NCBI GenBank assembly: GCA_016288855.1 | Contig: JAEELJ010000028.1 | Coordinates: forward strand, 379-64,378 | DNA: 64,000 bases | Source of the DNA: Acholeplasmatales bacterium | Lineage (GTDB): Bacteria > Bacillota_I > Bacilli_A > Acholeplasmatales > Anaeroplasmataceae | Direction: 5' to 3' | In this document: positions 27,990 through 37,100 of the stretch, one piece after another | How positions within the stretch are numbered: position 1 is the stretch's first letter | How the letters are laid out: each line of letters opens with the position of its first letter | Notes under the pieces: model-generated | Seen by the model: only the letters and a program-made list of their open reading frames with translations | What the model was told of the DNA's origin: nothing | The model's database searches: none | Translations under genes and position numbers: made by a program

Positions 27990-28017
27990 ATTATATCCGA
28001 CTTACTACGAAATTCAA
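27990..28017 (-). promoter_or_regulatory. sigma-A type promoter of the Abi_2 gene
   Basis: On the minus strand: TTGAAT (28012-28017), 16 nt, TATAAT (27990-27995). Confidence 0.5.
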
Positions 28018-28081
28018 GTATAATTTTTTTCGAATAATTTCCTTTATTCTTGTGTTTTATTATAATTTAACTATTCATTTT

Positions 28082-28121
28082 AAAAAAAAATAATAGGCCT
28101 ATAGTTACCTATAGACCTATT
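28082..28121 (-). terminator. strong intrinsic terminator ending surface-protein operon 1
   Basis: 13-bp stem AAUAGGUCUAUAG-GUAA-CUAUAGGCCUAUU followed by AU9 on the minus strand, 8 nt after the stop at 28129. Confidence 0.8.
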
Positions 28122-28128
28122 TCATTAA

Positions 28129-31100
28129 TTATTCTCCTGATGTTTCTTCATCATTTGGTGTAACACCAACATATTCAGCTTGTCTTGTATAAATATCAGA
28201 TGTTGTAACTGCCCATGCAGTTGCATTATCACCAGTTCCTTCTTTTACTATGAACTCTAAGGCAATAGTCTTAGTGATGATAGATGTGAATGGTAAGAAT
28301 GCTCCTTCTTCTATAGATGATCCAATCTTATCATATGATTTATCTAATTGGTTCTCCATATCAGTAGTTACAGTTACTATATATCCATCAGGTAAATCTA
28401 TATAGAAATAGAAATAACCCTTTGGTAATGTTTGAAGTTTAATCTTTAATTTATATAAAGCTAAGCCATATGTATGTGAATTAGTATCAGTGTCAGTGAT
28501 GATATTATCTTCATCATCTTTTTGTACAACTAAATAACCTGATATTTGTCTTGTTGCAGTCTTTACTGTATCAGAATATATATTTTCAGAAATTGTCATA
28601 TATAATTCCTGGTTAGAAATTACTTCTGCAAAATCTACTGGTGCATATAATTCTACTTCGAAGTAAATTGTGTTTGTAGCATCAACAATTGAGATATGGT
28701 AATATCTTTGATTACCTAAATCATCTTCTCCATGTAATGCTGCTTCACTAAATACTACATAAGATACATACCAGAAATGGTTATTAACAGGACTACCTAC
28801 ATAATCCATATATAATGCCTGGTTAGAAATTGAACCAGTTTCACTAGCTACATGATAACCATTAATTGTTATAGATGTATAATTATTATTTTCAGCTAAG
28901 TTTTGTGCAGTATAAGCTGTAATACCTGTACCAAATTGTCCAACCTTAGTTGTTGCACCATTTGTACCATCGAATGCTGTTGTATATACATTAGTCCAGT
29001 TACCTGTAGAAGATACTTCAACCATATATACTATAGTTGTTGTACCATTTGTAAATGGAACATATAAATACATTGTATCATGATTAGATAATACTTCTGC
29101 ATCACTTTCAGTTTGAACATCAGCACCATAAGCAGTTAACTTAGCTAATGTTGTATACTGATAAATTTGTGCATGCTCTTCTATACCGAATGTAGGCGCA
29201 TAATATGATAAATCAGAATCAGAAACTGTACCTAATGCAAAGTAATCAGTAATGCTTGTCGACTTTGCAGCTGTAGAATACTTAATAGTCTTATTCTTAA
29301 TTTCAATATCACGGCTTGTTAATGAGAAAATGTCACTATAAGTAGTTTCATGTCCATCAACAGCCTCGCTACTTGCTTCAGCAAGAATAGATGTACTTGT
29401 TGCAGTATTAGTCTTCATAACTGATGCTGTATTACCAATTACAATAGACTGATCTAAGAATGTTAAACGATTTAATAACGCGTCAGTTGAATAACCCTTA
29501 ATTATGAATAATGTTGGGAATAGATATTGTCTTACGTATTCAGTATCGCCACTCCATGTACCAGTACTCTTATAAATGTAATCAAATTTATAAACACCTG
29601 GTTCATTAGATTCAGTAACTGAAACAGTTAAACCTGCGTAAGTTAATGAAACAGCTGCACCATTATTTAATGTATCATCAGTTGTTTCATATGTTACATC
29701 ACCTAATGTATAGAAATTACTTAAGATATATTTAATACGATATTGAGGTTCTTCACCACGATTAAACTTAACAGCAACGAATGTATCTACTGATGAATAA
29801 GTTAATGATGAGTATTGACCTAAATATGAATCACTATCATAAGTGAAATCTTCAGTATATAAATCAGATTCTTGTAATGCAACACCTTCTTCAAATACAT
29901 TCGCAATTGTACTATCGAAGTATTCCATTTCATCTAAGTAATGATAATAAGTCTCAGATGAACCTGATTCTGATGTTACAACAAACTTAACAGAGTATCT
30001 AATTCTTCCATCTCCGTTAGCAATATTTGCATATGTTGCAGTAATTACAACAGATGCGTTAGGAGAGATTTCAAAATCAGCTAAATAGAAATTCTCTGAT
30101 TTATAATTAGTTAATTCAGTATAATCATAAGCTCTACCGAACTTGATTGAACTTGTCTTACCTGATACATAAGCACCACTTGTTGTTAAATCATTATCTT
30201 CAAATGTTAGCTTAGTAATCTTAGCTTCTGTATTTAAAGCTTTTTCAACTTCAACTGTTCTTGTTTGTGAGAATACAGATATTGTTAATTCCTCAGTACC
30301 ACCAGGTAAGTTTGCATTAATATCAATAACTAATGTAGCACTACCATTTGTAACAATACCATTATTTCTTGTTGAAGCATTGTAAGTCCAACCTTTACCT
30401 TCTTTATATGATGTAGAATCATTTGTAATAGTGAAGAAAGACTTAAAGTCGAAATTATCTGGGATGTTTGGACAAGTAATAGTTAATGTTACTGTACCGC
30501 CATTATAAGTTAATGAGCTTGTATCACTTGTAACGGTGAAACTTACTGGTATACCAACTAAGATAATATCATATGCAGTATAAACAGATGTATCTTCAGC
30601 TGTAACTGTAATTGCATCCTTAACTTGATAATTACCCTTTGAATTAGTAAATCCACCAGTTAAATTAATTGTTGATGTATTAGATTTATTAGTTACATAT
30701 GTTGCAGTTTCAGCATAATCAATATTTTTAATTGAAATATTGTTATTTGCCATAATAGTAGCAAGATCTGTTTCTAATACATAATATGTAATTGTACCAT
30801 TATCAACATCAATAGTTGATGATGAAGCATAAATTGTACCTGCAGTTGAATCAGTTAAATCTAATTCAAATATTGTAGTTGAAATAGATAGCTTTAACTG
30901 CTTCATTTCAATTCTAAATGCGTAATTTACTGAACTAGAATCTGATGTATCATAGCTTTGAGTAGTATCTGTTGCAACAGATGAATTACCAGTGTTATCT
31001 CTCCAAGATGTAGAGATTGAACCTGTAGTTGTAACATCACTAGAGTTAATTGAAGCATCTAATAATTTAATAATTGATGCATTATTAGAATCTGTTGCAG

Positions 31101-34100
31101 TTGTATCATATGCTGCATCCATTGAAGTTAATGTTAGGTTATCAGGAATGAATGTACCATTCTTAATACCATGACTTGAAGCTAAGGCAAAAATACCATA
31201 ACCTTCAAGGTTAGCTGATACACCTAAATGCTCTAAGAATTGTGTAAACTTAGTTGCATTAATTGTTGTATCGCCAGCTATAAATTGATAGAAACCTGCA
31301 GTTGTATCACCAGTTGTAGTTGATTTAGCAGCTGATGATGCATATGTAGATAATACAGTATATAGGATAGATGATGTTAATTGGTTATTGTCTGAACATT
31401 CAATTAAATCGTCTCCTAAGTATGCTGCAATAATTAAATCTTCTGACTCAGAATAATCATTATCATCACATATTTCAATTATCTTCTTAATCATATTAGC
31501 AATAACTTCATCATCAGTAATACTTAATAATAAATTATCGTAATACTTAGTTGGTAGGTTAGTTATTAATCTACCTAATACTGAGGTTGTAGATGAGTAA
31601 TCAGCTTTTGCTAATGCTTTGATAATTTCTTTTAATTGTGTTGAAGTAAATTCTTCTATTGTTGAATCATCAAAGAAATAATAATTATCATTTGAATCAA
31701 TCATTGTAGGATAAACAACTAATAATGTTTCTAAAATCTTATTAGCATTATCCAAATCAAGATTAAATGAAGATAAATTTGTATAATTTGTACCCTTGAA
31801 TATTAGTGTACCACTAGAAGCATCTGTTGTATCACTATCATAATAAATCGACGTAGCACCCGTATTATAAGTAATTGCACCATTTGCATTTACTTGTAAT
31901 ATTTCAGATATAACAGCATCAGATGCAGTTATAGTATAAGTACCACCGCTTAAATAGAATGCACGATAATTTCCATTAGTATTCTTCTTTACACTACTAA
32001 TTGATGTAGAAACACCATCAACATCATAAGTTGTTGTACCACCTACAGTTACAGTGTATCCATCATCTGCCTTAACTAATATAATAGTTGGAGTTGAAAC
32101 TGTAATTGATGTAGTTGTAATCTTTGGTGAATATGTTGTAGCATCAATTAAATTTGAAGCTAAATACGAAGCATATTCACTTAAGTTAGAATAATAAGAA
32201 TTATAATTATCTTCAATTGGCTTTAAGTTAGGGTATTTAACCTTTGTATTGTCAGTACCTGAAGCTCCAATATCAATATATGTGATATATGGCATATATC
32301 CATCACCTGAAGAAATTGCATATTCATAACCAGCTTCAATATCTTCATCTGTAATATCAATTTCATAATAATAAGATTTACCAGGTTGTAACTGCATATT
32401 ACATTCAAGAGCTTGTGAATAATTAGTGAAATATGTACTGTAGTCACCTGGAGTACTTCTCGTTAATTTATATAATCTAAATCCCATCTTATCTGTATTT
32501 TCGATATTAGATAATACAAATTTAAATGTACCTGATTTGATAGGTGCTACCCAAATACATCTATTTGGAACTAGTAAAGTACCGCTCCATGTACCTACAC
32601 ATGCATTTTCAACCGCAACTAATCCACCTTCATTATTAGCATCGAACTGCGAATCACCAGTTAAACGGATTAAATAATCACCATTTCTATAAGTTGTGTC
32701 ACCATCTGTTTGAGTATCAGATAAATAACTTACTATATCTTCTGATGGTGCGGCATGATCGGCAGTTGGTAATGTATATGGAGTACCATCTCCATTAGGA
32801 TAATAGAATGTATCAAAGTTAGCCTTATTGGCCTTATTGTAAACCTTAACATCTGAACCAATATAATAACCAATATTATTACCAGTTGATGAGGCTTCAT
32901 ATGTATAACAAGCAGTAACTTGCTTAGTACCAGCACTTAAAGTCATATTAATTTTACTAGCTGATGGAGAAAGCAATGTATCATCAGCAATCTTAAATGG
33001 ATATGCATAGCCCTTTGCAATAGTTGCTCCATCTGTAGAACCTAAAGCTTCGTATAAAGCTTTAATATCTGTATATGAGCCTACTCCATCTTCTTGACTT
33101 GCATCAGCATCTCCACCTATTGTTGTAATGAAATCATCCCAATCTAGGTCAGATAATGCCGCAAATGCAGTTAAATCTGTAGATGTTACTCCTGCAAATT
33201 TTTCTGCTATCTCTTCATCCGTTATGTCAGGATCATGCTCTCGCAGATATGTTGCATACTTATATATAAAGTACGTTATATCGGTACTTGTTACAGTATT
33301 CGTTCCATCATCGTCATCATATTTATCGTTCGCGAGCGTCAACAATAAAATCTTCTTAAACAATTCTACGTCCGTCGCACCAAGCATACTTAGATTTTCT
33401 AAATCAGTATATTCTACATCTTCAATTAGGCTATCTAAGTATTCTTTTAATGTAGTATTGTAATAAGCACTATAATAGTAATAATATTCATTACTTAATG
33501 CAATATTATCCTGCTTTGTATAAACATTAATTACAGCATTTGATGCAAATGTTGTACCTCTTAATGCTGATGATAAGAATCTTAATGAAGCACCTTGAGA
33601 TGATGTAAATCCTGTTGTAGATGCATAAACACCTAATGCTTCTAATACAGCTTTTTGACCATCTGTTGTAGATAATACTTTTGTCATAATAGATGAAATA
33701 ATACCTATTTCATCACTATCCTGTGGCTTAGTTGATGCTGATAAACCTTTTGTTCTAACACCATCTAAGGCAACTAAATCATCCATTTGATAATAAGTAT
33801 ATTGTGTAGTTTGTACACCACCATAACCATCTTGTTTTGCAGAATCATCAGTTTTTGAAATTAAGTAACATCCAACAACAGTATTACCATTTTTCCAAAC
33901 TGATAAAACATACCAAATACCGCTAATTATAGATGAAGTTGCATAACCTCTAAAATAATAATCTTTTAATGGGTGTGTGTATGAACCATTACTAGATAAT
34001 CCAGCTCTACATTGATTATTTGTCGTAACAAGACCAAGTTCTGTACCACCTGTCGTTACTCTTTGATAAGTAGATGAACTAACTCTTAAATTATTATTAG

Positions 34101-37100
34101 AAGTTAATAAATCGTTATTAGTATTAACAGTATATGAAGGATCAAAATTATAATAATCTGTTACATATGTACCAGTTTTATAATTCTTTAATAAGTATCT
34201 TGTACCATCTTGTTGAGCATTATTAATAATATAATCAGAAACCCATTGATATCTCGAGTCGCCTTTACTTGATTGTGTTGTACCAACGTCATTCCATAAG
34301 AATGCATAAGATTCTTTATTTGTTGCAGTTGTGTTAGATTTTGCAATTACATCATCAGTAAATGTCTTATTTGCAGAAATAAATACAGGAACATAAGCTC
34401 TTGTTGTGTTTGATATATTAGATGCACTATATATTTCTTTTCCCAAATAATCATCATAATTAGTTAGTAATGATGCAAACACCTTACCATTAGCCATATA
34501 TGGACCATAATAATATGTATTTGAATCATTTACACTATCTGGTGTATATAAGAATCTATTGTTTACTACTTCTGTATTAGAATATGTTATATTATCAGTA
34601 CCAGCACGGTATATACCATTTGGATTATTTTTACCATCAGTTGTACCTGATGGTGCATCAATTGACTGATATGTATTATTCCATTCAGTTGCTTTTGCAA
34701 TTAAAGATATATAAGAAATTGATGAAGTTGGGTCTTCATGACTACTAAATAGTCCACTACTATTCTTTAAATAGTTTTGGAAATTTGTATTATTCTTAAT
34801 GATATTCCATAATTCAGTATAATCATGAGTATATGATACTAATTCACCATTAATATATTGAGAGTCTGATGTTGAAGTATATTCATCAACAAGATTAGAT
34901 GAACTATATTCATTTTCAATTGATGCATCAATATCATATTTCTTAAATGCATTATTAATTGCATTTAAATAATAGCTATTGCTGCTGCTATTATATGCAA
35001 ATAAGTTAGCATATATAGTTAACGCAACATCAGTATGATTTGATAAATAGTTAATATACTTTAATGTGTTTTCAGCATCAGTTGTATCACTTAATAATTC
35101 TTGCGCAATTAATGCTAATGTTTCAGATGAATAATCAGCTAATAAAGTTTGGATTAATTCCATCTTCTTAACTAGATAATAATCACCAGTTTCATCATTA
35201 AATAATGGATCTAAGATGTCATTATTTGTATCATCAATTAAAGCTTCTAAATATGTAGTTAATACTTCTTCTAATTCTTCTGATGATGCAGATGCTAATA
35301 CTGTTCTAATCTTAGTTTGTACAGCAGCATAATCAGATGTATCACCAGATACAACCTTAGCTAATAATTCATCATATAATAATTTTTGTAATAATGTATA
35401 AGCATCAGTTTGTTCTGTCTCATAATAAGACATTATTGTATCAATGATAGTTGATCTAATTGATGATGTAATATCGCTAATACATTCATCATCAAATAAA
35501 ATATATTCTAAGATTTCTTTTAAATCTGATGAAGTATATTCAGTTGTATTTCCATCATCAGCACTTAAAATTTCAGTTAAGAAATTAACTAATAATGTAT
35601 CATCAATGCTTTCATACCATGTTGAAGATGTAAATGAAGCTTCAACAAGTGTTGTTGACTTAGTAAGTCCTGAATATCCATCACTTACGAAAACAGACAT
35701 TGTTGCAACATCTCTTGCAAGTTGTTCTGCAGCATTAACATATGCTATATTCTTCCAACCAATCTTTTCTAGTAATAATTCATTTACCTTATCGAATCTT
35801 ACGAATTGGAAGAAGTCAGCAATATATGCATCTGTTACATATGTATCATAATCAACAACTGTTAAATCACCATTGATTGCTCTTCTGAATATAAACTTTT
35901 CACTAAATACACCAATATTACCAGCTTGTGTATCTGTAATAGTTGATAAAGGAGCATATTTTACAGATGAACCACCAAATGTATCAAGTGATCCATTTAC
36001 TGTAATAAATGTTGATGCATCAATACCATCTGCAGGTGTATTAAGTTGGTTTAAAGCTTGACAAATGAATGCACCATTAAAGAAGTTAATAACATATCTA
36101 ATTGAGATATTAGAACTATCTCTACTTGCAAAATTTATAAATCCAAACATTGAGCCTAGATAATAATAATTTTGTAATGCTGCATCATATGAACCTGTTG
36201 ATAAATATGTTAAATTAACAACTTCATTATAGTTAACATGATATAGTGTAGCACCAGTATAAGAATATTTTACTAATACATAAACTGTACCATAATTAAT
36301 AGTATTTGCTAAATAGAAAGTTGTATCACTAAAGTCACCTAAATTAAATGAGCCAATAAGTGAACCAACTACTTCTGAGCCATATATATTACCATAATTT
36401 AATACGTTAACAATGTTACAAATACCATATGCCATAATACCACCTGTTTGGCAATGACATGCAGCAACGCTTGATCTTGTAACATTTGCAGAACCATTAA
36501 ATCCAATTAATGTACCATAGTTAATTGTGAATGCAATTACATTATTAATGTTTCCTGCTGCACCATAATTTGTTGCAACAATACCACCTACATTAACTTC
36601 AACAGCATATGAATTTGATGTATTGATAACCTGTATTGTACCATTGTTAGCAGAGTCTCTAATTTGAGCATAATTACCAGTCATTTTGCAAGCAATACCT
36701 GCTGCAAAATATTCATCATTTGCAGCTTTTGCAAATATATCTAATTGAATATCACCTAAGTTAAATGCGTTAGATATAATACCTGAATTTGAATATGCAA
36801 TACCTGATGCATAAACACTTCCAACTAAATTAGTAGTTGTAGTTTGTGAAACAGCTTGTGGAGCATTATTAGTATTTGTATAGTAAAGATATTGATCTTT
36901 ATTATAATCACTAGATGTTACAGTAATTTTACCATTATTAATAACATCATTTAATGAACCAACAAGTGAGCTATCAAATGTTGCATTTAAAGGATTTTGT
37001 TCAGTTGCATTTATTACTGCTAAATTATTACGACAAATACCTGAAACATAAATATTGATATTCATATCACTTGATGAAGAATCAGTTAATGTAATATCTC

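Noticed and set aside
35444-35851. Plus-strand ORFs of 60-135 aa inside the giant minus-strand genes (for example 18429-18659, 19841-20026, 22909-23205, 24568-24780, 30992-31174, 33128-33463, 35444-35851, 35873-36061, 40369-40701, 53805-53999).
   Set aside because: All lie antisense to long, well-supported CDSs. They lack RBSs and have low-complexity Ser/Leu/Val-rich translations of the kind expected from the reverse complement of Thr/Asn/Tyr-rich coding sequence. Same-strand out-of-frame ORFs (23603-23818, 32223-32447, 32733-32936, 54775-55011) are rejected for the same reason.
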